Shown here piece after piece: positions 1 to 12,440 of a stretch of 64,000 bases of DNA (position 1 is the first letter of the stretch; every line of letters begins with the position of its first letter). Where the stretch lies: positions 210,988,001 through 211,052,000 of the forward strand of contig NC_058368.1 of NCBI RefSeq assembly GCF_018350175.1. The letters run 5' to 3'. This stretch comes from Felis catus. Its lineage: Eukaryota. Under the pieces are notes generated by a model. That model made no database searches and was not told the origin of the DNA. It saw only the letters and a program-made list of their open reading frames with translations. Both the position numbers and the translations under genes were made by a program.

Positions 1-956
1 ACTTCAAGCTGGGAAGTTGTTGAAATTATCATAGAATCTTTCTTTGTAGTCCTTTCCTTAGCATGAAAAAATAAGAGAAATGTATTTCCTGCCTATAGCT
101 GGTAACGCTTGCAAATGTTTCTTTGTTGTGGTATAGCTATTGCACTGGAATAAACGCACTGTTACTGAGTAATGATGAAAATATAATTCAACAATAGAGA
201 AAAAGGAAAGAATCGGGTCCCTAGGTTTAATAATTAGAAAATTAGCAATTTGACTGAAGGTCAAATGTATAACTACATAAAATCCCCCACAGAGGTATAG
301 CAGCCCTACAGAGGTATCAAAGACCCAGTTATCTTAATGTCTGTAGAATGTTAAACCTATAGATTTCATTTTATGTGGGTTGGTTGGTCTCCCTCTAGGT
401 CATGGCCATTGACCTTACTTATAAACCCGGTTAGGCACCTTGCTCTTGGACGTTCATGATCCATAAGTGACTAGAAGAGATGGTGGATAGTTATTGGTAA
501 ATCTTATTTAATTCCAAGAAATAGCTAAACAGCTAAACCATTGTTACCAGCATCAGAACATGTAAAGAACAGCTCATATGCAGGAATCCAGGACTATGGC
601 TTGGCAATGACCTCACATCTCTAGAAGGTGGTGGGGGAGGATTTGTGATTAGTTGGTTCTGGACAAGATAACTATGTTTCTGTTTTATAGACGAGAAATT
701 TAATTGCCAGCTAACCTGAAGGAGATTAAATCCAAAGGAAATCAGTTTATGAATCAAATTTACAACAAACTGATTTGCAAGTCTTAGCATCTCTCATTAT
801 ACCTAGCATTATGTCAGAAATGTGGGACATACCAGAAGTATTTACAAATCACAGCATCCATCTAATAAGTAGTTAATAACCAAGACTACAACTTACTGGT
901 TTGTGTTGAAAAATAATGCTTAACCTATTTGGGGGTCACAAATTCCTTCGGGGATC

Positions 957-2019
957 TTTTTTGATTGAAGTATAGTTGACACACAATGTCGCATTAGTCT
1001 CAGTGTACAACATAGTGGTTCCATAAGTGTGGGGAATAAGCTTAGGCATTCCCTGAGCTTGCACCGATGGGCTAACAAGGCATAAGGAATTTGAAAGCCA
1101 CAGGATGTACACACCCAAGTTTGGGTAAACAAGATTAGGTAAATAAGATTAGGTACACAGGGCAAAGGCCCCCAGTATAGGACAAAGGTATAGGAATAGG
1201 AAATCTCAGGCTGAAAACATCCAAGATGAGGTAAACAAGATTAGGTATTCGGGACAGAAGTGCCCCCCCAACTTAGTGCCATGGCAGAAAGCTGCTTTCA
1301 CAGGAACGAAGGACCACATAGGTAAACAGGTAAGCAGGGCTGCAGACCACAGCAGGGTGAAGGTTCCCAGAGGGGAGCTAATCAGCAAAAGAAAGGGGCA
1401 TGGCTGACCCTGAGGTAGCAAGCTCTGTCTTTCTTGTCTCCTAGACCAGTTCAGGAACAGAGAGGAGGCCTCATGTCTGCTGTAAACAACCTTCCACCCA
1501 GCACTGGCATTTTGTTTTGTATTGGCCCAAACCTCTAACATCGCGTATCTTCAAAACCCTCATTCCCCCACGCCCATGGGTTAATGTTCAAGATTTCATT
1601 GTCTCTTTGTGAACATCCGTCACGCTTGTAAGCCTTCTGATCCTAATAAAAATGGAGCAACGACCCTGACTCAGGGCTCTTGTCTCCTCCCGGACATTAG
1701 CCCCTCTCGCATTTTCAATCTTGTGTCCCGCTCTCTTACTGGACGAGAGAGAACTCTAGACCCAGAGTCTACGACACACAAGTCTATATGTTCTGCTGTG
1801 CTCACCACAAGGGTAGCTACCACCTGTCACCACACAACGCTATTACAACACCATTCACTATATTCCCTATGCTGTACCTTTACTTCCCACTCCTCTTCAT
1901 CCATTTTGCCCATCCCCCCACCTCCCTCCCTTCTGGCAACCACTGTATGATTTTACTCATGTGTGGAATCTAAAAAACAAAACAAACAAACAAGAGCAGA
2001 AACAAACCCATAAATACAG
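957..2019 (-). mobile_element. Short carnivore L1 3'-end fragment with an inverted 5' segment, split by a solo LTR
   Basis: 957-1027 and 1777-1944 read as the reverse complement of an L1 3'UTR end (ttgaagtatagttgacacacaatgt...ggcaaccac). About 1945-2019 is the adjacent upstream 3'UTR sequence in + orientation (tatgattttactcatgtgtggaatctaaaaaac). Confidence 0.8.
1028..1776 (+). mobile_element. Endogenous retrovirus solo LTR (~750 bp)
   Basis: Starts TGTGGGG and ends CA. Flanked by cataag (1022-1027) and cacaag (1777-1782). AATAAA at 1645-1650, internal repeats of ggtaaacaagattaggta, and it cleanly interrupts an L1 fragment. Confidence 0.85.
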
Positions 2020-5000
2020 GGAATATTTTAACACCATAAATCTTTCTCTCCAGAAAATGTAATGCACATACTTTCAATATTTTGTAGACAATATTCAAGT
2101 GTTTACAGGACCTTTAGAGACCACCCATGGACACCAGTTTACGAAGTGCTGATGGAATTTTCAGTGATCATTGTGTTTGTATCATCTGTTCAGGTATTAA
2201 TATTTCAAAGAAAACAACAGGGAGAATGCTATTTGATGTGGCTATCACCAGAGAATTGAAAAATGAATGTACAGTAATGTCATCCAAAGTATGGCAAAAT
2301 CAGTTGTTCTGCTCACTGAAGAAGGTGGCATGTTGGGAATAAATAACCTTGAGTGTCCTTTGCTAAGGCATCAGTAGCAGGTGCCAAGTCCAAAGTCAAA
2401 TGCCCATGGCAAAGAGGACATCCTGGTTTCTCTGCTCTAAATGGTTCAGCTCCACGCATTTAGAATTAAATTCCTTTAAGACCATATCATACCTTTATGT
2501 CATGGCCTATGGTTCTCAAATATTTGTTTAAGATAAGCCTACCCTCATCTGGGCATACTGATTCCAAGATATTCATTCGACACATTTTTTTTCGGTAGGT
2601 ACAGAAATATAGTGATGAACAAACATACTCTGTTCACGATTTTATGGAATTTTCAGACTAGTGGATGCACCAAGCATGGGCAAAACCAATTTTTTAGAGA
2701 CATTAGCTTTTTTTTGAACTAAGCAGACAAAATAAAACAAAATGCAGCTGAGTGTCCTCACAATGATGTTTACAGTTATTAAAGAAAATTTCCCCAAACT
2801 TAAATAAATAACCGTAATGAACTCCTACTATAAGAAAGCATTATCTATAGAGAAAGAAAGAATGAGTAAGAATGAGTGGAGAAAGGAAGGATGAGTATGC
2901 TCTGGATCTCAACAGCCAAGCTGAAGCTAGAATCTAGGGTGTCAAATTCCAAGGAGAGGTAACAGGCCATATGTGGAGTTCAATTAGATGAATTCGGTTG
3001 GTGGCCAAATAAATGTATGAAAAAGCAAAAATGGAAAATGTAGAAATAAACTGAACTCAAACCAGGTAAGGGAAGTTAAGGGAGGGGAGGGTTTATACTG
3101 CTAAATCCTAGAAACTGCCCAAGCAAGTGCATGTTTCTAGAATGTAGCAGAAAGGAGAGATTTGACTAGGAGGCTGGTGAAGAGTTAAACATTTGGAGAG
3201 TCTGTTTGCTTAGCTCTGTCGTTAGAGGTCATAGCCATTTGCATACTTTCAACATGTATCGTCTGTCTGCAAGTAAGCACGTATCTGCTATGGGCTGAGT
3301 CCTTCATCATCCTTCAATATTTGCTCCCTTCTCCCCATTCCCTCAAGATGGTGCTTTTGAAATCTTCCTAGTTCAGGCTTACTGTTTGCCCTCCCAGGTT
3401 TCTGTGCTCTTCAGGGTAGCATGACCCTGGCAGGCAAAAGGCCCAGGTCACAGGTGGCAGTTTCATTGACTCAGCAATTAGTCTGCCTGGTGCCCTCCAC
3501 TGTGGCTCTATTCCATCTCCTTGAGTTCATTGTCAGCCTGCTGTTCACCAAACTGAGACAGGCTCTGGAACGCACCTCCTGCCTGCGGCACTGCCTTTTG
3601 CCATTTGGCTCTGTTGAGCCAGTTGACCAATCTCTGCCACCATATCTACTCCACGGCTAGTTATATCCTTTCACCATCTGGATGTCTTTCTCTCATTTTG
3701 GGGGTTGGAGATGGCATGTTTGATAGTCCACTTTGGAGACAACTATGCCACACTCTTCTGCTGGATGGCATCTAAGAAGATAGACAGTTGAAAGTATCAC
3801 CAGGAAATGGCAACAATTATGTAGCTGCTGCTACTGTCTCTGCTGATACCACAAAAGCCCCAATTCTCTGGTCACTGCGTGACCCAGTTCTTGGCCCCTT
3901 GCTGACGTTTCCAGCATGACAAAGAAACAGTGACTGAAAGGAGCAACAGACTAATGTCATCTTGCCAGATGAAGCTGCTTGTTTGTCAAATGTCAAGGCT
4001 TTGCCTCTTCAGATTTCACTCTTCTGCAAAATACTCTGCACCCAAGTGCCCTGGAAAATGGTAAAGGCTCTTAATTCAACCCCAGGGCATGTGAAATTTG
4101 CTGGATGTGATGATTCTAAAGAGCCTCAGACGGTTTCTTTTTGGTTATAGTAACCGCCAAAACTATTATAAACCCTCTTAGGAAACAGTGTTGGAAGGGA
4201 ATTAAATTTGAAGTTTCAGTATTCCCAGTTCATTTGCAAGCCACCAGACACAACCATACAGCAAGCAGTGACAACATGCTAATGAGATTTCAGTGTGTTA
4301 CACTGATCAGCTGAAAGACCATTAAAAAATATCTGTCAGAGTGTTGACTGTCCATTTAAATTTGGAATGATTTTAGAGGCCTCTTTCTGGCTACAGTTCT
4401 TACAGTAAAAATGAACACACTGGCTGCAAAATGCTCAGCTGGGAAGACTTGAGGTAGCATAGGGCTTTGTTCTAAACCTTTTTAGATAAGATCATTTCTG
4501 ATGATGAGAAAAGATAAGAAGGAACCCAGCCAAGGAAGTAGACCACGTAAGATTAGTGTTAGAGAAATATGCCAATTCATGTTAAATGTGCACGTGTGTG
4601 TATGTGTGTGCTCAATTATTTATAGTGTAAAATATAGTTATGCTTACCAAACATGTTATCTTATGACAACCACTGGTTTGAGCCTAAAAAATTCTAATGT
4701 AACTGGAAAGCAGGTTAACCCATTCAATTCTTGTATAAAAAGGGATAATTGCTGGTACTCTTTCCCTGTTTCACTTACTTAAAACACATATCATCTAAGG
4801 ATGGCCGAAAGAAACTGGGTGGATGGGTGGGAGGCAGGGAGGAGGATATCCTGAAAATCTTAAAACCCTTGAAACTGAAAATATATCTGGACTCATAAGG
4901 AATCCCATATTGTGCAATGCTGATGGGTACCCTCCTGTGTTTATTCACTGTGTAATACATTATACACACACAGTCACACAGAGCTATTGAATATTTGCTG

Positions 5001-5476
5001 CTTACTTTATAAGAACGTTATGACTGCACTATATTTGTACTTTCAGAGGAAATTCATAATATTCAAATCAATGTTCAAATCACTTAAAGAAAGTAAGATA
5101 TCAGTTTTTAATTGAATGTCCTTAAGAGACATGGCTAACCATAACTCAATTTTATAATTTGTATTTATTTTTTAAAAATCACAAAGATAAGAGATAGAAG
5201 GTAAAAGAAACAAAACTCATAGGTAAAGAAAATCTTTCAAAGGCAGCCCCTGAAATGTGATCTAAGATGAATATCTGATCATAAGGACCTCATGGTGGAG
5301 CCCAGTCTAAACAGAACAGTGATGTTGCTCAGTTTCCATTGTTTTATTAAAACCAGTTGGTTTATACAAGGAAGACTCTTATCTCAGAACTTAATAACTC
5401 ATGTAATAATATTTTTTTCCTTAATTAGCATTTATCTTGAGCTAGATTCCATGCAAAACTAATTAATATACAGGCA

Positions 5477-5610
5477 TCATCTCATTTCATCCTTACAACA
5501 ACTGTTAAAGATAAGAACTATAATTATCTTCATTTTACAAAGGAAGAAACTAAGTCTGAGATTAGATAAGTAACATGCCTAAAATCACCAAGTTAATAAG
5601 AAATGAAACT
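5477..5610 (-). mobile_element. MIR fragment
   Basis: MIR core-like cattttacaaaggaagaaactaag...aagtaacatgcctaaaatcac. Confidence 0.65.
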
Positions 5611-5744
5611 GTCATAAATTCTCACTGCAGTGTTCATGCCCTGCGCTCTCTCAGTTTGGGACTCTCTTGTGTTGTTATGCAAAATGATAGAGAAACTGGT
5701 CTGTGTAGGTCATCATTTTCCATCTTACACTGGTCTGTGTAGGT

Positions 5745-5913
5745 GATGAAATATAGTATCAGCCATTTATATAATTTAAACATTTTGGCAGCCACATTAA
5801 AAAGAAAAAAATAGGTAAAATTAATTTTAAATAATCCAATATATCTAAACACAGCATTTCACATGAAGTGCTCAATAGCTCAATGTGGCTGGTGGCCACC
5901 ATATTGCACAGAA
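5745..5913. mobile_element. MER33-like hAT-Charlie DNA transposon remnant
   Basis: gcagccacattaaaaag...aagtgctcaatagctcaatgtggctggtggccaccatattg. Confidence 0.6.
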
Positions 5914-7783
5914 CGGATCCCAATTGTCTGATTTTCAAATCACCAGACCTCTCAGATGACTCTTGGTTAATGGCTGTTAAAGAAAGTGGTGATTATTCCA
6001 AAATATTTTTATGGATGGGTCTACAGGAAATCTAGCTGATACATAAATATACAACATTTTGAACCTTCTGGAAACAACAGGAAGAAATATACAAATGGGA
6101 TCTGTTCATGTCAAAAGACAGAAGGAAGAAGAGGAGGCGTAGACAGAAGCAGAAAAGGAGGAAAGCCCATTATAGGTGTTTATAAGTAAATAAGAGCTAA
6201 AGCTTATTTGAACACATGGACATTGAACTGAGGCTTCAAGACTAAGCTGCAGAAAAGATCATTTCTGAGGAAACAGAGACAGCTGTAAATATATGTAAAT
6301 ACATTTGATTAAAATGAATGAAGAGGGAGTCTGCAGTTTTGCTCACATGTTATGACTAACACAGTTTGGCTTTGTGTTGAATCTTTAACGAAGCTTGGCT
6401 AAAAATACTGTTGTCGATTCAATCAGCTGCTGTTATGCTTGTAGGACCTGTTATTCTGTAAGGAAGGATGAAACCTACAGGAGGAGGTGGAAATAAATGA
6501 GAGAGAGCTGATAAGTGATCAGAGTCCATGGGCATAAGGTGACATGTCTGCAATTTTCACACAGGTCACAGAGGCTCACCAACCCCACATCTCACCTTGT
6601 TCTGCCTCCCGCCTACACCTCAAGTTTTGACCAGGAAGAACTTCTGTCATCCCACCGTCCTACATCAGTTCTCCTTTTTCAGAAAGGAACCATAATTCCC
6701 CAACACCCTGAACTTTGAGGGAAGGACCATGCACTATTCAGGGTTGTATCACACATGCCTTGCCTGACCGGGAACAAAAAGTATTTTGTCGAATGGTCAT
6801 TCTCATGTACTGGGCTTTGGGGGTTTGGTTGACTTCAGACTTCCACTGTATCCCTCAAATAATTTTAAGAGGTCTCTTAGAGAAACGGCTCCAGCCCCTA
6901 GAGCCATCACCTCTGAGCCGTGAGAACCCAGATAAGTTATTGCCTCAGTTTTCTCACCAAGAATAATTCATAGCACATAGTAGACACTCTTTATTTGTTG
7001 AACCAATGAATGAATGGCCCTGTTTCACAGCAGCTACCAAAGCATAGGTTTTGTTACTGAGGTTGAATCCTCTGATTGTGGACCCTCATGTTAAGAACTT
7101 CTGCTCAGGAATTTAGGAAGATCAAAGAGAATGAGAGGCTAGCTAGGCATCAGAAAGACCTGGGGAGCCACTCTCCCCATGCACATACATACGGTTTAAG
7201 TCAGGCAGTTATAAAACAAAAACCCAAGAGTGAGATCTCAGAGATCAGAGTTAAAAGAAGGACTGTAGGAGGGATGACAGGCTACAAACCATTTTAAGAA
7301 AAAAGACACAGAAACTCAGATTTTGCACAAGGGAGCTCCAGAATTGAGAAGGTGGCTCGTCTTGCATCCAGGTGTGCTGTTAGGATGAGTACTTGGAAGG
7401 AAAGTTAAGGTCAGGATGGGGGGGGGGGGTGCCTGAAGGATTCCAGCCACAAATGAGTGCACCTCCTCCTGATGTCATTATTTTAAGTGATGGGTTCCAG
7501 GCCCAGAAGGATCTATAAATTGGGAGTTACAGGTACTGGGTATGTTACAAGTTCTCCCTGCAGTGCTCATGCCCTGCTCTCGCTCTTTTCCTAAGACTCT
7601 ATGCTCAGCTAAGGATCACAGGAAGAACAAGTCCTTTTCTGTAAACCACACGGGAGAGGAACTGTCAGTATCTACCTCCCTGCCTTCACCCTTCCAGGCT
7701 GGAGAAGGCTCAGGCCCACCTCAGATGAGTCAAATTCCCTCAGGGTTTCCTGTCTTAGTTTTCACTGTGGTTTACTGAGGAGA

Positions 7784-7987
7784 TTTTGTTTTTTCAGTTT
7801 ATTTATTTTGAGAGAGAGAGAGTGTACAGGGAAGGGGCAGAGAGAGCAGAAGAGACAGAATCCCAAGCAGGCTCTGCACTGTCAGCACAGAGAGCGACGC
7901 GGGGCTTAAACTCACAAACCATGAGGCCATGTCCAGAGATGTAACCAAGAGTAGGGCACTTAACTGACTGAGCCACCCAGAAGCCCC
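7784..7987 (-). mobile_element. CanSINE
   Basis: tRNA-derived head, (GA)n and T-tail; TSD tactgaggaga at 7773-7783 and 7988-7998. Confidence 0.95.
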
Positions 7988-8120
7988 TACTGAGGAGACT
8001 TTTAAAAATTAGTATTGATAACTTGTTTCTCAAAGCAAACTCGACACCACCCTCCTAGTTCCATGAAAAATAAAGTCAGCTACCGTTAATAACTTTCCCA
8101 TTTTTAAAGGTAAGGTTTTA

Positions 8121-8293
8121 TATATGTATTATTTTTTGAGAGTCGGGGAGGAGAAGAGGGAGAGAGAGCGTCTTAAGTAGGCTCCACTCTCAACACAGAG
8201 CCCATTGTGGGGCTTGATCTCACCACTGTGAGATCATGACCTGAGTTGAAATCAAGAGCTCATGCTTAACCAACTGAGCCACCCAAGCGCCCC
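8121..8293 (-). mobile_element. CanSINE (older type)
   Basis: gagatcatgacctgagttgaaatcaagag...agccacccaagcgcccc. Confidence 0.9.
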
Positions 8294-8394
8294 AGGTTTT
8301 ATGACTTTTAAAAGTTACAAAAACAACAACAACAACAACAACACCTGGAGACATTGTCCTTGCCTTCAGTTTAATAATAAGCCAAAAGATGTTT

Positions 8395-9450
8395 TTGAAG
8401 CAGCTGCTATGTGCCAGGGGCTGTGGGCTACCCGGATGCACAGTGTGGATGGATTAGACTGATGCCATTAGAAGAGTTCATGGTCACAGAGGCAAAGAGA
8501 CAAACCATCGTAAGTGTGGAGAGTATTGCAGTGGAAACCCCGGGGTGTAATGGGAACATATAATTTGGAGGTCTCACCTGAATTGGAGGTACAAAGTGTA
8601 GTTGGGAAATGCTTTCTCGAGGAAGTGACGTTTAAATTTAAGAAACTTAAGTTCGCCTGAAGAAACCATGGTCACACCAGGGAAATAAAATGATCTCAGA
8701 TACAGCAGAAGGAAGAAGAATAATGTGTTTATAGAAAAAGCAGATGCCTGACCTTACTAGTCTACAGGATTCTAAGCCCAGGAGAAGTAATGCATGCAAC
8801 AGAGATGTTATACATGGAAACACGATGGAGATTCCTGAAAGCTATACAGGGAGCTAAGACTTAATGGGCTGGGAAATAGGGAGCCACAGAAGGTTGTAAA
8901 GATATGACATGATGAAATTAAGATTCTAAAAAGCAGGGGCGCCTGGGTGGCGCAGTCGGTTAAGCGTCCGACTTCAGCCAGGTCACGATCTCGCGGTCCG
9001 TGAGTTCGAGCCCCGCGTCGGGCTCTGGGCTGATGGCTCAGAGCCTGGAGCCTGTTTCCGATTCTGTGTCTCCCTCTCTCTCTGCCCCTCCCCCGTTCAT
9101 GCTCTGTCTCTCTCTGTCCCAAAAAAAATAAATAAACGTTTAAAAAAAAAAAAGATTCTAAAAAGCAGGAGGTAGATTTGATTGACAGACAATAAAACTG
9201 GACTAAAAGAATCTGTCTGAAGTATCTATGTACGAGAGGATGAGGATCTAAATTATGAAAATAGAAATAGGTAAAATTAAAGGAAAAAAGCGTGTCATGA
9301 TTAACCTGATTGTATATAAACCGAGAAACTCATTATGAGACTTCAAGTGCCCTGGCCAGTCAGTGGGTGGATTCAAGAGCCAGATTTGGAAGAAGGGGTG
9401 AGGAGAGCATGGAAAACTCAGGTTTGGACATTTTGAGTTTGAAATGTACT
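8395..9450 (-). mobile_element. Decayed L2 fragments, interrupted by a CanSINE
   Basis: L2-like phrases (atgtgccagg, ctcgaggaagtgacgttt, tttggacattttgagtttgaaatg); boundaries approximate. Confidence 0.45.
8936..9151 (+). mobile_element. Very young felid CanSINE (SINEC_Fc type)
   Basis: CpG-rich intact head ggggcgcctgggtggcgcagtcggttaagcgtccgac; perfect TSD aagattctaaaaagca at 8920-8935 and 9152-9167. Confidence 0.97.
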
Positions 9451-12247
9451 GTTATTCACTCTTCCTTGTTACAACTCTCTGCGGCTTATTTTTTGTTTGA
9501 CTTCCTAAAGACAACTTCCCTGAGGCACACTAAATTGTTGGGTAGGGAAGAGTCCCTTTCATGTACTATAAATGAAGTTGTAATTGCTCACAAAAGAAAA
9601 CCAAATTTTGAGAACATTTTCTGAATATTTAGATTTCTAATTAACTAATTTAGATTTCTAAAATTAACTAATATTTATTGAGCACATGTGAGAAACCTAA
9701 ATTGGGATTATTTTTGCCACATGGTAGTTCTTTAAATGCCAAGGAGAGCTGTTTTGTTTCATGTGGGGGTTGGATCATCTTTAATTTTGTTTTTGTGATG
9801 ATCATTCATTGAAGTGCCCTTGTTTTTAGTGGAGAGACAAAGCTAAACTCAGAAATAATCTGAATTTGTGGTATAAATTATGAAGTTGGTCAGAATATTC
9901 CACTTCTTAAAAGCAAAAACAAACAAAGAAACAAGCAAACAAAAAGCTCAAGTGCAAAACAGGATTTACATTTAAACCAGGCTTTACCACTGAGATGAAA
10001 GGAATCTGTCTGAAGGATTATCCTAAAGCCTTCCTCCCTTCGGACAACTGTGTAGTTTACAAATGTGTGGCTGAATAAAAAACACGGTGTTTAGCCCACA
10101 TGATGGGCATTAGGTCTTTGTCTATTTTCTTACATCTCAATATGCATTGGCTTCCTTTACTGATTTTCCCCGTTTTAGTTGTTGCTTTATGTTACTTATG
10201 TGCCTTTTGTTTTCCCATTTATGTCAGGGAGGTAGAAACTACTCACCATGCCAGCCTCACCTCCCTGCTGCAAGTAACTTCCTGCTCTCTGCTCACACAT
10301 AAAGGCTATCTGGGGTCACTCTAGGACAGCTGGAGGACCCAGCAGTTCTATGCTCCCTATCCTTATCATGTTCCCTTCTAACTTGTCAGTGTATAAGTCT
10401 ATACTACACTGGGAAGTATAGTTCTCTCCTTCTGAATACTTTTTATTTTGAGATATCTTTGAGAAAAGTTTCTTATTCTTTATTCTTATTCTTATAGTTT
10501 ATTACATCCCTTCTTACACGTTATTGTTTCTACAAATTAGGTCTCTAAAGACCTCTACTAAGTGACAGTGTTGGCCAAATGACAATTTTCTCTTCTTAGG
10601 GTAAAAACTTTTTTCTTTTTTTTGTTTTTAATTTAAATTTTGGTTAGTATACAGTGCAATATTGGTTTCAGGAGTAAAATTCAGTGATTCATCACTTACA
10701 TACAACACCCAGTGCTCGTCACAACAAGTGCCCTCCTTAATACCCATCACGCACATAGCCCAACTCCCACCCACATCCCTCTGTCAACCTTCGGTTTGTT
10801 CTTTATCATTAAAGTCTCTTGGGGTTTGTTTCCCTCTCTTCTTTTTATTCCCTCCTTTCCCATATGTTCATCTGTTTTGTTTCTTAAATTCCACTTATGA
10901 GTGAAATAATATCGTATTTGTCTTCCTCTAATTGACTTATTTTACTTAGCATAATACATTCCAGCTCCATCCATGTTGTTGCAATAGCAAGATTTCGTTC
11001 TTTTTGATGGCCAAGTAATATTCTATTGTATATATATATACACCATATCCTCTTTATCCATGCATCAGTTGATGGATATTTGGGCTATGGTTTGGCTATT
11101 ATTGATAATGCTGCCATAAACGTTAGGGTTCATGTATCCCTTCAAATCTTTATTTTTGTATCCTTTGGGTAAATACCTAACAGTGCAATTGCTGGATCAT
11201 AGGGTAGTTCTATTTTTAGTTTCTTGAGGAAACTCCATAATGTTTTCAGAGTAGGTGCACTAGTTTGCATTACCACCAACAGTGCAAGAGGGTTCCCCTT
11301 TCTCCACATCTTTGCCAACAACTATTGTTTCTTGTGTTGTTAATAGTAGCCATTATGACAGGTATGAGGTGATATCTCATCATGGGTTTTGATTTGTATT
11401 TCGCTGATGATGGGTGATGCTGAGCACCTTTTCGTGTGCCTGTTAGCGATCTGGATATCTTCTTTGGAAAAGTGTCTATTCATGCCTTCTGCCCATTTTG
11501 CACTGGATTATTTGTTTTATGGGTGTTGAATTTGCTAAGTTCTTTATAGATTTTGGATACTAGCCCTTTATCAGATATGCCATTTGTAAATATCTTCTCC
11601 CATTCCATAAGCTGCCTTTTAGTTTTGGAGATTGTTTCGTTCTCTGTGCAGAAGTTTTTTTATCTTGATGAAGTCCCAATAGTTTATGCTTGCTATTACT
11701 TCCCTTGCCTTCAGGGACCCGTCTTGTAAGAAGTTGCTGTGACAGAGGTCAAAGATGTTTCTGCCTGGTTTCTCCCTTAGGATTTTGATGATTTTCTGTC
11801 TCATATTTAGGTCTTTCATCCATTTTGAATTTATTTTTGTGTGTGGTGTAAGAAAGTGGTCCAGTTTCATTCTTCTACATGTTGCCGCCCAGTGTTCACA
11901 GCACCGTTTGCTAAAGAGACTGTCTTTTTTCCATCAGATATTCTTTCCTGCCTTGTTGAAGATTACTTGACTATATAGTTGTGGGTCCATTTCTAGGTTT
12001 TCTACTCTGTTCCACTGGTCTATGTGTCTGTTTTTGTGCCCTTACCATACTGTCTTGATGACTACAGCTTTGTAATATGGCTTGAAATTCAGAATTGTGA
12101 TATCTCATTTTGTTTTCCTTTTTCAGGATTGCGTTGGCTATTCGGGTTTTTTTGTGGTTTCATGCAAATTTTAGGATTATTTGTTCTAGCTCTGTGAAAA
12201 ATGCTGGTGGTATTTTATTAGGAATTGCATTAAATGTGTAGATTTCT

Positions 12248-12440
12248 GGAGTGCCTACGTGGCTCAGTCAGTTAAGCAACCAACTCTTGGTTTCAGTTCA
12301 GGTCATGATCTTACATTTCATGAGCATGAGCCCTGTGCCCACTTGGGAGTTTCTCTCCCCCTCTCTCTCTCCCCCTCCCCAACTTGTGTGTGCACACTTT
12401 CTCTCTCTCACTCAAAATAAATAAATAAATATATATTTTT
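12248..12440 (+). mobile_element. CanSINE inserted in host L1 ORF2
   Basis: TSD taaatgtgta(g/c)att at 12231-12244 and 12441-12454. Confidence 0.9.

Noticed and set aside
8936..9020. tRNA-like A and B boxes
   Set aside because: SINE head, not a tRNA gene: it continues into the SINE body and tail within a TSD.
8808..9122. ORFs such as MGQRETEHERGRGRERGRHRIGNRLQALS, also at 50680
   Set aside because: Antisense translations of CanSINEs, a common source of false protein annotations.
9628..9672. Short tandem duplications, also near 5695-5744, 44673, 58469 and 63119
   Set aside because: Two-copy slippage events with no spacer array; not CRISPR-like and ordinary in mammalian DNA.
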